Below, piece after piece: positions 1 to 13,713 of a DNA stretch of 64,000 bases; positions within the stretch are counted from its first letter, which is position 1; the number at the start of each line of letters is the position of its first letter. A program made the translations under genes and the position numbers. Under the pieces are notes generated by a model, which made no database searches, had not been told where the DNA came from, and saw only the letters and a program-made list of their open reading frames with translations. This DNA is from Chlorokybus atmophyticus (Eukaryota; Plantae; Mesostigma and Chlorokybus algae): positions 418,526 to 482,525 of the forward strand of contig RHPI01000385.1 in NCBI GenBank assembly GCA_009103225.1. The letters are read 5' to 3'.

Positions 1-1
1 A

Positions 2-163
2 CTACCCAACCTCAAAGTACGCTGTCCTGAACTCCTCCACGTCGGGCCTCTCCGCCCTGCCAACGGCTGTCGCGGCGGCTCCAGCTCCGCATGACGACGA
101 GGACGACAATGAGGAGGCGAGAGAGGACGAGAACAAGCGGCGGACTGCCTGTTGGCGCCACAT
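2..163 (-). CDS. 5' exon of a gene running off the window; transit-peptide-like N-terminus, product unknown (possibly JmjC/cupin-like)
   Basis: MWRQQAVRRLFSSSLASS... is Arg/Ser/Ala-rich like a targeting peptide and ends RPDVEEFRTAYFE before a possible GTTGGG donor. Family guess is weak. Confidence 0.3.
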   Translation of the reverse strand: MWRQQAVRRLFSSSLASSLSSSSSCGAGAAATAVGRAERPDVEEFRTAYFEVG

Positions 164-1204
164 GCTTGCTGGGAGACTACTGTCAAGCAAGCGCAAGTGA
201 ACTGGGGATGTTGATGACACTGCCATCGATGACCCGTTGGATGTCGTCGCATGCAGACGCACAAGCACTACCATACTGTGCTGCTACACTGTAGCCTGAA
301 GCCGTTAATCTGTGCTGCAAACGTGCGTTTATGTATGAATAAATGCAACAGAAGCATCATGCAATGGAGCCTGTAGTTAGGCGCACTGTGTTTTCAACGC
401 TTAAACATATGGGTTATACCCGGCAATATCCCAAGACGGATTCCTTACACAAGGAGTTCACAGTACTATACCCTATGCTTGAACTTACGATTACAAATTC
501 CAACCGACCCTGTTACTTTGGCGTTATGACACAATCTATAACTCCAACACGCTGCATTGGAAAAGTGTAGGCTGCACAAATGGTCTCAAAACTATGTCAG
601 TAGAAAGATGCAATACTGCCGATAAGTGTACATCCATCACTAGTCTACTACGCACATGCAGGGTATTGCAGGGTCACACGTTGCATCATGCACACATCCC
701 ATCAGGCAAATGAGCATACACTCGTGATTATCTGAGCCAGCGCCGGGTACTATCACTATCTAGCGCACACTGTATACAACTACTAACCCACCCCGCTAGA
801 CATGGCAGTAAACATGCAGTCCAATTATACCTGCAACACGCCAAGGTATATGTGTATGTATAGAGTTTATGCTGCCATGCCAAAAGTGTAACCATGGACA
901 ACTGCAACGCAAGCTTAGTTGAGTATGACCTTTATATGGTACCATGATAGCCATAGCGAAGTTTCAAGCATGCAAGCTGTAGCCTATAGGTGTGCACTCC
1001 CTGCATGGCCAAAGTGCAATACCTATAATACGTAGGTTACCTTGTATTCGCGTGTGGCGCTGGGTCAGCACAATATACCAAGTTCTGAACCACACTATGC
1101 TCCTTGCCAAACACGCATGCTTCATAGACACGCATTGACAAGAGGAGTGTGCAACGGGAAAGCATACACATGTACACGGGTGGTGAAACCAACAAGCTGT
1201 GTAC

Positions 1205-4200
1205 TCAAGTTCCTCGGGGTCGCGAGCTTGATCCGCGATGGCCTGGGGCGCGACCTGGCCTTCCTGGCCCACCGCTGCTACCCTCACGGGATGACAGCTG
1301 CCGCACGCGGTCCAGCAGCGGCTCTGGTATTTGCATGCCAGCCTGTTGCCAAAACAAAGTGGTTATCAATTTGCATGGCATGTCTGCCAATAAATGCGTG
1401 TGCACACATACCGATCGCTGAGGTCGGTTCCCCTTGGACTCCGACTGCACTCGACTGGCCCTAAGCAAGTTGCGCCACTTGTCCTGCGGGCGAACAATAA
1501 CAGTCAGTACTGGGGCAAGTCAAACCTCAACAATCACATGCTAATGCTATACTCAAGCAACAGGCAATAGGCTTACTTTCAAATCAACGGCAGTGCGATA
1601 CCCAGCTGATGCAAACGACAGCTTCTTTATATCCGCCCATTTCCCATTGCCGCACTTCCCGACGCCCTCTACCAACAGCTTGACCTCCATCAGCGACCAC
1701 GGCCGGTGGTGCTTACGACGAAGACCACCAGTTGTCGTGGTGTCATCACCAGACTTTTCATCCTCCCTCTCAATGTCCTTCTGCAGAGTACAGGGCAACA
1801 CTGTCAACAAACATACAGGACAACCAAATGAGCAAACATGCAGCCGATAACGGGAAGGCCCCCGCCGGCTTACTCTCCGCGCCTTGTCCATGTCGCTAGG
1901 GCGGCGCCGTGCAACGGGCATGCCATCTTTATCTTTGCGTTTCTCCGGCGAATGCACTTCTGATGATCGGGCTTTCTTCACGGGTGGCACGCTCCCACCT
2001 GATGTTTCCCCTGATTTCCTCTGCATCAGAAGTTGATGCATAAGTGAACAGCGCTGCACACTTCAAGCCACCCTCCACACAGGCCAACCACCTGTTCAGC
2101 TACATACGACATTAGACTAGAAACCCCACAATACCTTGCCAGCGCTTTCTTCGTAACCCTTTGACTTCAATGCCGGCTTTTTGTACATGCCTTTCAAGGG
2201 CGGGGGGCTTAATGAACCAGCTCTTGCTTCTCCAACTTTGCCCGCTGCTGCTGGTAAGCTGGACTTGCGGCTCGCTCCACGTGAGGCTATCTGCGCGTGG
2301 GCTCTAGCGGATATGCGTGCCGCAGCTTTAGACTTTTGCTGCGAGTTGAAGGTTGTCGGCATGCTCAGGGTGCTCGCCTCTGTTGGCTGCTCTTCAAACT
2401 GATCCAACCCATCTAACGCTGTTTCCGTGTCCTCATCAAGAGGTGAAGCCGTCGGTGACGGCCCGTCAGGCGGAGAACCAGGCTTGACTGCCTCTGCCAG
2501 CTCGTCCTCTGTATAGCGCGGATTGGGTTTTCTATGCCTTTTGTTATGGTCTGACACATCCGTGCCAGGTGAAAGGACAACAACTTCCTCTGCATCCACG
2601 TCATGCGTATGGGCATCATCGTGACGGGCATGCTCAAGGTGAAGCTGATCTTCAACAGCGGGCTCGTCGCCATCAGCCAGAGGCACTGCATCAACGGCGC
2701 CATACTCCCCTTGCTGTTGCTGCTCCTGCAGCTCACACACATCGTCTTCAAGTACAGTACATTGTAACTCTGCCACTTCATACAGCTGAGCTGTTTCAGC
2801 TGGCTGCCCTGCGGGCGCTGTTCGCGGCGTCAACAACGCACCCAACTCAGCCTCGGGCTCTGCTTCCAGTTCAAGTTCAGGCGCCGGCTCTCGCTCTGGC
2901 TCTGGCAGTGGCTGCTGTGCAAGTGAAGAAGCAGTGATAACAGGTTCTGCAGATTGCACAGCCTCAGATGGCAGGGGCGGGGACGGTATTGCGAGCCGAG
3001 AGAGGTTGTCTCTGCGGTGGCCGGCGTGGGCCTCTCTCAGTCGCCGCTTGAGCCAGTTCTTGTCCTTGACGGACGTGTCGGTGCCATAATAGGAGCGGTA
3101 GCGCGAGTGCAGCTCCCTGACGGACATGCGTTCCAGTGCGGACCCTGAGGGCCCTCTATGTAAGGGTTCTCCTAAGAGAGGGTGTCTCCGTCGGGGACTG
3201 CTGGCGCCTGTTGGCATGCCCTGCATTAGGCCACTTAAGTGGCGAAAACTTCCCGAACCTGCCTCACCATGCGAGTGCACCATGGGCATGGATGCCTCAA
3301 ACTCGCCACCTTCCTCAAAGTACTTTGGGTTGGGCCGTCGATGGCGTTTGCCGATTGCGTCAAGCGACCCCGGACCCGCAGAGTCACAATCGTACCCCAA
3401 TGGATACAACGTAATGGTATCAGAAGCTGGGTTGTGCTGTCTTGGTTCTGCAGAGGTGCTGCCATTATTCAAGTTGCGCTCCTGCACTTCCACTTTACTC
3501 AACATGCGGTTCAACACCTGCAAACCGCATGCTTATTATTAACATACGCATAGAGCAACATCATTGGTTTGACACCACACGCATGCAAACTGCTAATTGA
3601 TGAGTTGTTGTAAACAGGTATCGACATCAGTGCAACAACACATCACCAATCAAGGATTTGCAGGCAACTAGAGCAATTGCAATACCTCCATGCGAGCAAG
3701 AAGTCGGCTTCGCTGCACTTCAGCATCAGCAATGCCTGCCATCAAACCAACTAGTAAGCACCCACACACACGCAAGACTCTGGTGAATCATGTGAACTTG
3801 TGAAGATATGGAGCGCTACTGCCGCATTGACATGACTCTCACTTGTCATGGTGCGCGGTGTAGCTGCCTCAGCCTGCTCAACATAGGCTTCCAGCTGTGC
3901 AATCTCCTCTGGTGTTGCGGGCTGAACGGTTCCATCATCAGCAATCTGCAAGTGCAAGATGCTATGTAAGTGTCAACGCATAACTATTAAGCCTGCATAT
4001 GCCAAGCTGTGCTGCACATTACACACTGAATTGCGCATGAAACTCTGCCATCACACTGCAAGCACATGGCAACGGCCACATGCTTGCATTTCATGTTCCA
4101 CAACAATGTTTATCATGACAAAATGATTTGCATTGCAGCTTGGCACGCGCGGACACTGACTTGAGTATCGGCTGAACACCAAACTGTAAGTAGCAGGCAG

Positions 4201-4402
4201 TGCATAGATACAACGCGGATATGTACAGCCAGCAGCACCAGCACCCAACAACACCAGTAGTACTACTACTGGTGGGTGAAAAAACCAATCTTGCGTACGT
4301 TACCTTGACTAGCTTGTAGAGCATTCGCGGGCTGGGGCCAACATCCATAGGGGAAACGGAAGGATACACCATGGTGTCGCCCTCTTTGTCCTCGTCGTCC
4401 AT
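1205..4402 (-). CDS. TRF-like (TRFL3/6-type) telobox Myb/SANT protein, multi-exon
   Basis: Spliced N-terminus YKLVK|IADDGTVQPATPEEI; two KRHR(R/K)PNP(K/R)Y motifs; C-terminal Myb domain RRKHHRPWSLMEVKLLVEGVGKCGNGKWADIKKLSF..YRTAVDLK|DKWRNLLRAS; TGA at 1205-1207. Confidence 0.85.
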
Positions 4403-6452
4403 TGTTTACCGCGGTCCTTACATGGTTGACACTACCTCAATTGGATATGCTGTGAAACAAGAAAGCCAAGTGAGGCTCCACGCGGTGACAATTGTACTAG
4501 CAGAGCGCCACCATGACAATTGGAGGAGCTGTAGTTCACATCACAGCACAGGGTTATACATATGCACCTGTCTACAACCTACAGCGCAAGCAACACAATT
4601 AAAGCCATAAAAGCATGGACAGACATGCACGTGATAGGGCTTTTTTCAGACCTGCCCAACAACCGAAACTCTTGAGTGTGAGCCCACTTGCCAGCAGTTT
4701 GATAGGACAACCGTTCTGCCCTGACCGAGACGGTCTCAAGCCGCTCGCTGCACACCTGAGAACGTAGGATCAGAACAATGTTGCTGCCTGCAAAGGTTTG
4801 CCAAGCTTTTCTTGTCCTCCGAAAACTGTATGTAGCTTAACCTACAAAGCACCAAAAAAACGCCAGGCTTGCTCAATGTTGCTGAAATCGGGATGTTGAT
4901 TAACACTGCTCGTTGATTACTACAAACCATCACCTTACAACGCCTACTAAACAATGCAGTCTCAGCAAGCGTCACAGTTACGCTTTTAGCATGTAATGGT
5001 TTTGCACATCAGGTGCGTGGCATTGATTGAACGGTTCAATCATACAACCAAAGCACCTCATTTTGCCACTACAGTGCCAGCAAATCTCCGCTGCACGATC
5101 CACACACTTGCCTGAACAACAAACGGCTTCCTCCACAATGCAAGCATCGATGTTATCTCTACACAGACAACTATAAAACGTATGCAAGACGGGTGTCAGC
5201 CGGCCTGGCATGGCCAGACTAGCATGGTGCGAAGCAGCCAGCAGCAAATCTGGCCACACGGCTATAGCAACAAGCATTGCGTAAACACTCGGAGAGACAG
5301 GCCTGAAAAGCATAAAGTTAGTGTCTGCTTACCAGCTTTCCAAACCCAGCGTCACCCGCCAGCCACCGCCCCGTCCTCACGACCGCCGCCGCCACCACCG
5401 CCGGACGCCACGCCGGAACAGTGTACGGGCTAAGCTTAGGGTTGGCTGTGGCACAGGCTGTGTACCACTCGATCGCCGCAGTCTACCATTCGACCTCGGA
5501 GCTCTTCGCGCAGGCCTCTGAGGGGAGGCTCAAAGTCTGAGCACAGACGCTGTCTGGCGGGGAACTTGTATACACTAGGGGAAGGGGACGCCTTAGTCTG
5601 AGGGCCTCAAACCTTGTATGGCATGCGGCAGGTCCAGTGCAGAGAACTCCAGCCTGGTACAGGTGGTTCACCCGCCATTCGCCGGAACATCAGCAACTTG
5701 CCTCCATTGCGCTGCCTGCCTCCTGCCGCACTAGCACGCACGCACATTTTGCTAATCCTCTTTGTACATGTTCTCAGTGCTTCAAGTGCTCGTTAATTGC
5801 TGGTTTGTTTGGCCAATGACTTAGCACATTTCGCACTTATGCACTGGGTATGCAGGTATCATGCGGAAGCACTGTCCTGCTGCTTCGTCTCCCGCCTTTG
5901 CATCCAGATTCGCGTGCTCTGAGCTTGGGGAACGTACTGCCTGACGTTGGCCCTTATGGCCCTGTAGACATTGTTATGTGTGGCCTTTCGCGAGTCTGCC
6001 TGAGCATGCCTTCGTTGATGTGGGGAACACATAGCAAGCGCACACAAGTCGCTGACGAGAGTTGTATGCAAGCGCATCAGTAAACACCAGCGAAGCATGG
6101 CATCGATGAAGCAACACTAGGGGCCCAGGCTGAGCTAGACAATGGCAACAAGAGGACAAGACGTGCACGTGTGCACTCACGACAGAAGCACCAAACACAT
6201 AACAAGAGACTGTTGCATTGATGCCAGCACATCACCAGCACGTCAGCTCAACATCTGGATGATTGTAGCATCACTAAGGAGGTATTAAGCTGCACGTGCG
6301 TGCCTGTGTCTGCTACCTGGCGTCTGTTTGCTTGCTATTGTATGCACGCTGGACATGCCCAATGCGCATGGACGGACCATATCATACGCAACTCTTTGCT
6401 GTCACATACAGTCCTCAACGAGCACATCGCCCTATATGCTTGGGTAAGCAGC

Positions 6453-8558
6453 CTATGCTGCTGAGCCTTTGTCGTGTTGAATGTACCGGTACACGTCAGC
6501 AAGCTTTTGCTTGCCAGCATCACCGCCGAATATCAGCATGGAGTCGCCAACGGCCACGGCTGTATGTGCGAATCGCGGACAAGGGCCTTGCGCCTGTGGC
6601 TGAACAGCATGCCACATGCCAGAACCTGCAGGGATTGCACAGTGTTATTGTTGGTGCACGTGCGACCTGCATGCCCAAAGAGCGAGCTATGCTCACCAAA
6701 ACAAAATGCATGGAGGTCATTTACAGGGTGGACATCCTTCCGGCCGCCATCATTGCCGCCGAAAACGTACATCCTGTAAGACCAACAGGTTGTCAAAAGC
6801 TGCTAACAGGAAGACATGCCTGGTGTGCTTAGGCAGCATCTAATTGAATGATACAATATCTCTGACTCAACCTTACCAGTGTCCAATGACAGCGGCTGAA
6901 TGGTCATGTCTTGCAGCAGGCGCGTCTCCTTCACATACCACCTGCCTCCAACTATTCTGCTCTGCACACACAAGATGACATTGACATAAAGCCTGGCCAA
7001 CAGGCTGCAAGTCAGTCATGAAGTGCCTCCACATGCACGTGAAGAGTGCTTACCAATATCGTAGCAGTACAAGTCTGCCATATTCTTAGAATCGCTTGAA
7101 CGCGTGTTACCCCCAAATATGTACATACAGGAATTGTACAGCACTGCTGAGTGCCGCCACCGAGGTGGTGGCAGTGCACCTTCTGGCTTGAGTGCAGTCC
7201 ATTGCGATGTCTCTGCGCGTTACATGTAAATAGCGTGCACATGAGGGTGGGAAGAGCGCCAAGCGCAGCGGCACAACAATGCTGCATAGTTGTTTGACAC
7301 TGCTGGGACCTGTGCATGTTCAAGCTACACCAAAACACATGCATCTCTGCCAAACAAAAGTACTGACCAAAGTTGAATACATGCAACTCGTTGGTGCTGC
7401 TGCCAGCAAAGTAGCCTCCAAATAAATACCTGCACGTTCAGCGTTGATGCAAGCCCTGAAACTGCATGCAAGCAGGCGCAGCAAGCATGCGTAAAGCAGA
7501 ATAAACGCACATCTTATCATTGTATACGACTGTTGTGTGCCCATGGCGTCCACTAGGTACATCACCGGTGCCGGTAATGCGACCCCACTTGGACGTTTCT
7601 GGCGAGACAAGTTGCATATTGGTCTCTCGCAAGACAACATAGTGATGTGAGCCATGCAACGCGCTCCTGCTGAACAAAAATCTCTTACCAAAATCATAGA
7701 CATACATGTCGTTCTTCGCCATGTCCCCACCGCCAGCTCCCAATGTCCACTGGAATCCACAAAGGCCATCAGAAGTCACATCAAGCGACTGCACAGAACC
7801 AAAATGCATTCCGTCCGCTCAGCCTACCGGGTAGCCTGAAACACAACAACAGCGCACTTGCTGTCCTGCAGATACCACCTGCACCCTCACCTTTGCAAAA
7901 GAGGGAAATGAAGGGAAGCCGCCAAAAATGTACACACGACCGGAACGCGCCACTGCAGTATGGTAAGTTCTCTCATCGGGAGCCATTCCCGTAGGCAGGC
8001 GAAGTTGCCATTCCGCTGTGGCTGTACGCAGCAATACAGACCATATATACACAAGTCAATGAATCCTGCTAAGCACAGCGCTATGCAATCAAGGCGCAAC
8101 ATGGCTGTCAATAGCCAGCAGGGGACAAGCGTGCAATGCATCTCAGCTAGCGATAAGACACCCTGTACTTTTCGCAGGGGAATGTGACTTGCCTGTTGAG
8201 AAGGTCCACAAGTCGTGACTGGCAGCGCTAGAGCTACCACCGAAGACAACCATGTTGTCATTGACTACTGTAGCGGCATGCATGCTGCATGGCTGTGGCT
8301 GCCATTCTGAGCGGAAACGCAACTGCTGCCATGTGCCTGTTGACAAACCAAACACCCACATAAACATGGGCATACAGCATTGCATTCAGTCGTGCATAAG
8401 AGGCCTCTGTCTGCTTCTGACATCGATCAAAGCCTAAGAACGAAGCACCATGCAGCGACCACAGCACAATCACCAGAGTCTGGAGGGCGGCCGACAGCCA
8501 TGCGCTCCACTTGCTCGCTCGACTGGCTGACAGTAGGAGCTTCTGCCTCACCGGACAT
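6453..8558 (-). CDS. Kelch-repeat beta-propeller protein, multi-exon (3' end uncertain)
   Basis: Repeated H-T/S-A-V...Y/V-x-FGG...W units reassemble in frame across exons, e.g. MHAATVVNDNMVVFGG, YHTAVARSGRVYIFGG, RHGHTTVVYNDKMYLFGG, RHSAVLYNSCMYIFGG, MYVFGG, FAHTAVAVGDSMLIFGG. Confidence 0.85.
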
Positions 8559-9142
8559 TGCACCACCTTAAACTGAGCAAGTGCTCAAGCTCAAACGCTC
8601 AACCAACGCGAAACCTACGTCAACACCTAAACGCTGAGCTGCAATGCTGCTGGAATAGCAATGACGCGTTCGTTGCAACGCAGGCTGCGCGCGCCATGTA
8701 AACCAGCAACTCAGACAGCAAATTCCTCCAACACAAGCAATGCCAGCGATTCGTTCACCGCCGTCGTCGCCGCCGCCAGTGCTCCCGCCAATGCACACAA
8801 GCCGCCACGCGTCCCTTTGATGCACGCCGCAGGTTCAGTGCCTTAATAGGCCGGCATTCAGTGCCTTAACGTGCACTTTCAGCGAGCAGCAGCGGCCTTA
8901 TTGTTGCCACTCAGCGAGTTAACAGTCTATTGTGAGCCGGTCCAGAGCATTCAGTGTCTGAACGGCATGAGTTAAGTGTCTTAACGCGTACATATGCCGC
9001 CGCCGCCGCCGCCGCATTGTCGTGGTTGCATTGCGTGTAGGCGAGGAGGCGAGCGACACAGAGAGAAAGCTTACAGCAGCTTGGGGTGCTGTGAGGCGCT
9101 GACTGGGGTGGTATGGTGGGGGTGCAGGGGGTAGCAGGGACT

Positions 9143-11652
9143 ATGTGTCCGTCGTCATGCGTCATGCAAACCACGACGACGCTACCGCTGCTGCTAGTGG
9201 GTCGCTCTTCCTGGTTGGCTGGACAGCGCCGGCCTGAGCGCAGGAGGTCACACGGACAGCAGCAATGCTGGTCTCTGCATAGCTGCTTGCCAAGGTACTG
9301 AAGTTTACGTGTCTACAGTGCCATGCACACAGCACAAGCTTGGTGCAGTATCAGCCAATTCTGCAAATGTGCAACACCACTCATGTGTTTGAGGTCATAC
9401 TTTCGTGTTGCGTTACCAGCAAGTCGAGCTGAATTTTGAAAGGACACTTAGGCTTCGCAGTCACCACTCCCTTTGCATGTGACTGCGCGAGTATGTTGTA
9501 CCCCAGCATTGTCAGCTGCACACTGTGCTAAGAGCATGCAATTCACTTCATTGGAACAACACATGGTCCGCCCATTCATTCGCCCAAACAGGAAACCAGT
9601 AGCCGCAGGCCGCGTATTCGATGCACACTTATGACATAATCCTTGCACTGAATAAGCACCCCCTGGGTATGTCGTGGTTTGAATGGGACAACATAATCAG
9701 ACGAGGATGCAACAGCCCTTCCCCCTGGTGTCGCTGGTGATGCTGCAATGTGCACTTCCAGCAATGGTTCACGTTGAGAACAGCATGCGTAACAGCGTAC
9801 TCTTCGCCATGCAGTACACGGCGAACATGTGCGACGATCGCGGTAGATGCTCAAGAAGCTGTTGCCGGTCCCCGAAGACCCCAGCCTAACCGGACCCCCA
9901 GGGCCAAGGGTAATGAACAGTCCAGGACCAAGGGTAATGAACAGTCCAAAGGCGATGACAATGCGGCACAGGAGCTTCGGTCACCACCAGGACACAAAAG
10001 TGGTACGTCAGCTGACGCAGCTGTGTGCATGTTGCCTGCAGTGTGGTGTTTATGTTTGATACAAGCGTCTGCTGTCAAAAGGGTTCTTGTCTAGCGGAGA
10101 ATTGCTTGCCATAAGCACTGCCGTGCAGGTTGGTCTAAGCGCCATGCTGCTTGCAATGTAGGGTACATAGCACTTATGGGGAAGCCAAATGCTGGGAAGA
10201 GCACGCTACTGAATGCAATCATTGGTCAAAAGCTGGCGATTGTTACTCGCAAGCCACAGACTACGCGGCACAGGATACTAGGAATCTTGTCAGATGATGA
10301 CTCCCAGGTACGTACAGTACTCATATTGAGTTGCCAACAGGTTTCCATGATAGCCAGGCATGCGCTCACAGGTTCAAAGGCTCAGTGTCGCTTCACATAT
10401 CTGCGGCTTGGCTGCATGCCTGGTTGCGCATCTCTGTGCTGACATGTTTTGCATGCAGGCGCTTTTTATGGACACTCCTGGTGTCATGAAGGAAAAGCGC
10501 ACCAAATTGGATGAAATGATGATGACGTCATGCAAGACAGCTTTGCTTAGTGCTGACTTGCTGGTGTTGATTGTTGATGCTACAGCGGAGCGTGAATCTG
10601 CACTACCTGAGTTGCCACAGGTATCATACAGTGCACGATGCTACAAGTAGTCGGCAATCATGCAGATCTGCATGTCTGCTTACTGTCAGTTGGGTTCTGC
10701 CTATGTTTTGCACACTGTGCGGTTGCATGCCCTGTTGGCACCATCACTATCCAAGGTCACAAGCAGCATGTGATAGGCCAATGTCATGTGTGCAGGTTGA
10801 AAGCATGCCAAAGACCCTTCTTGTACTTAATAAAGTTGACTTGTTGGCGGCTCGGAGTTTGCCAGACCTGGTCGAGTGGTACAGTCAGAATACACAAGCG
10901 GATGCAGTGTTTCCGATTTCCGCCAAGCAGAACATTGGTGTTCCAGATATTGTCTCTTGGGTTAAGAACAACTTGCCCCTTGGTCCAGCTTTCTATCCAA
11001 AGGACATCGTCAGCGAGCATCCGGAGCGGTTCTTTATTGCCGAAATCATTAGGGAAAAGGTATCCACAGCATTTGCCTGATCCAGCTGGTCTGCTGTGTG
11101 GTGTTGCAGCTGTTGGTTGTGCTGTTGCTTTGTTCATCTCTTACATACTGTGTGTGGTTGGGTTCTTCTTACGTCTGCACATGCCAGGTATTCGACTTGT
11201 ACTCCGAAGAAGTGCCATACTCAACGCAAGTGAACGTTTACAACTATATTGCACGAGGAGCAAATCAGAAGGACTATGTTGGTGTGAGGATAATCGTGGA
11301 ACGCGAAACACAAAAACGAATATTGATTGGCAAGGTATGATGTATTGTTGCTTTAAAGTGGGTTACTAGCAAGTTGCTCGAGCATATGCTGTCAGCTGCC
11401 CTGGTTGCCGGGTTTTTGCTCCTTCCAGCTATGATAGCAGCTCTCGCCGTTGGACGGGTGTCAATCAGCGCTTACTGCATGCAGGGTGGCAATGCATTAA
11501 AGGCACTGGCATCCGCAGCGCGCGTGGACATAGAGGAGTTTGTTGGCAAGGGTGTGTTCATGGACATGAAGGTGGAGGTGCAGGAGAACTGGAGGGCAGA
11601 TACCAAGCTCCTCACAAATTTTGGCTACAAGACCACACCCAAAGCTGCCTAA
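9143..11652 (+). CDS. era: Era-like GTPase, organelle-targeted (G domain + KH domain), multi-exon
   Basis: PPGHKSG|[78 protein letters not shown]|GG; TAA at 11650-11652; N-terminal extension. Confidence 0.95.
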
Positions 11653-12209
11653 GCATTGCTGCTTGTGCTGGTAGTGCAGTGTAAGCTGGATGTGCTGATG
11701 CTTGACAGCTGCTGTCAGTCTTGTTCAAAACGCCCCGCGTGTGCGTATGCTCATGGCTCTTGATCATTGGATCCCGTGCTTTGGCATCGAGTCACTCGAG
11801 TCAGCACTCAAAGCTGGGTTTTCACCTCCACTGGCCCTACTATCGCTGGCCCCAGTGCAGTCCAATGTGCATCGCATGGGTTGGAGCTGCGTAGGCGGTG
11901 GTGTGTGGTGGAGTGACTGTGCTGTTACTAACACAACACTCAACATATCTTCATTGCATAAGGTTAAGTGAAGCTACCAGTGTACAGGATTCATGACATG
12001 ATGTTGTGCACACGCAACACCATGCTACATGCACACCATTCAACCATCGCACGCACACGGTTACACGATTCACCAAGTAGTTACCACCGGGCTAATATCT
12101 ATTGCACTACCCTATATATACTAGCCCTCCAAGGTAGGCATGCATGCACATTTACAACTGAACACAGCCCCGTTCAGATACTTGCCTAGGCAGGGCCCCA
12201 CAACCGGAC

Positions 12210-12463
12210 AGCCTCATCTCTCAATCCGCCAAGTTGAAGGTGGTGGTCTCCCAATTCCATTAGGGTCATACGTGTTTCTACGGTAACATTTTAGGTGGGA
12301 GATGGTGCAGCTGTTACGGGGTATGGTGGCTGAGGGCTATCACATGCGGGCTTTGCTGGGAAAGTTGCGGGCAAAGATGTACCAAATGCAAGGGAAGGTG
12401 TACGATATGTCTTACCAGCAGCTGTACGTCATGGTGGCTACACGGTGTAACACCTCAACATAG
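12210..12463 (+). mobile_element. Decayed 3' fragment of a Penelope-like retroelement (RT C-terminal domain), tentative
   Basis: Frame-broken translation SLISQSAKLKVVVSQFH*...MVQLLRGMVAEGYHMRALLGKL resembles the S..K...SQ..R...L...GY...L segment at the end of PLE reverse transcriptases. By-eye recognition only. Confidence 0.4.
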
Positions 12464-13655
12464 GTGAGTGAGGTAAGTGTGGTAAGTGGTTACGCATGTG
12501 TGGGGAGCAGAGTGTCTGCCCGCACATGCATGCATTCGTTGTTGGCTTGGTGCACAGTTCAGCGAGTGCCTACTTGACAACTTGACTGATTGCTTGACTG
12601 ACTGCCTTACTAATTGCTAACTCAATGACTGTTTGCACATCATTCTCAACGGCAGTTGCGCTGGCACCTGCCGATCCCCTGCAGCCATGGCTTCGGTCTT
12701 ACCACACAACTTACAAGACCTGCTACACAGCCTCAGCCGCAATCGCTGGCGCTCATTTGCACAGCACTGCGAGCATCCCCGCCCTCCGCCCTGCCTAACC
12801 TGCCTGCGCTTGCTGCTGCTGCTACGCTCTATCCATGGTCTTGCCCTCGGCCTGCACAGCCTGCGTCCTTACCCCTACCGCCTGTTGCACAGGTCTGCTT
12901 TGCAGACTCGACTCTACTTGCCCCTTGCCTGCCCTGCTGCCTCTGCCCCTCCCCTTCCCTCCGCCTTGCACCAGCACTTAGCTAGTGCACATAGGTTACT
13001 TATTGCCCTTGCCCTTTAATTGAGCTGCCATTGCCCGTGTGCTTACTGGTGCTTGTGCTGCCTGTGCGTGTGTTGTGTCAACGTCTGGAAAGCCTATGCA
13101 CAGTTACACGTGGCAATTGCCTGCACCACTGCCGATGTGCTGTGTGCGGCGCTAGGGGTAAGTATTCTGGATATGTTGTGTGCGATGCGATTGGCGCTGT
13201 GTTGTACCCATGTGCTTGTTTGTTGAGTTGTGTTGCCAAGGTTACGAGGTTAATTCAGATATTTTGCTTCCGTATATTTGTATGTAGAGCAGTGATAGTT
13301 TGGTCGAGTGTGTGGCAGCACACGATGCCATTGGGTAAATCACAGGGTTTTCAGCGCGCGCGCGTGTGCTGAACATGCAGCAATCTGCATGTCGACGTGC
13401 CGTGTGTGCGAGTAGCAGGCCAGCTGTCATGCGCATATCGTTTACTTGACGGGCCAAAAATACGTGCCGGGCTACACATTAGGTGCAATCTCCCTTCACA
13501 TTCACTGTGCATTATTGGACCGCGATGTGTCTGTCTCGGCATCATCGCATATAACGCAATTCTGATTTGGATTGGATACAACAAGCGGAGAGTGGGATGG
13601 CATTGTATTGCAACTAACATTGCAATCAAGTTGTGCTTAAGAATTTCGGGTAGAA

Positions 13656-13713
13656 TTCGGGTAAAGTAGAGGCTTATCTCTTTGCAAAGAGATAAGCCTC
13701 TACTTTACCCGAA
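13656..13713. repeat. Perfect 58-bp palindrome
   Basis: ttcgggtaaagtagaggcttatctcttt-gc-aaagagataagcctctactttacccgaa; the arms are exact reverse complements. Confidence 0.98.

Noticed and set aside
13130-13220. Degenerate PHD-like CAVCG..VVCD segment
   Set aside because: Ligand spacing incomplete; Cys-rich translations are common in this TG-rich DNA.
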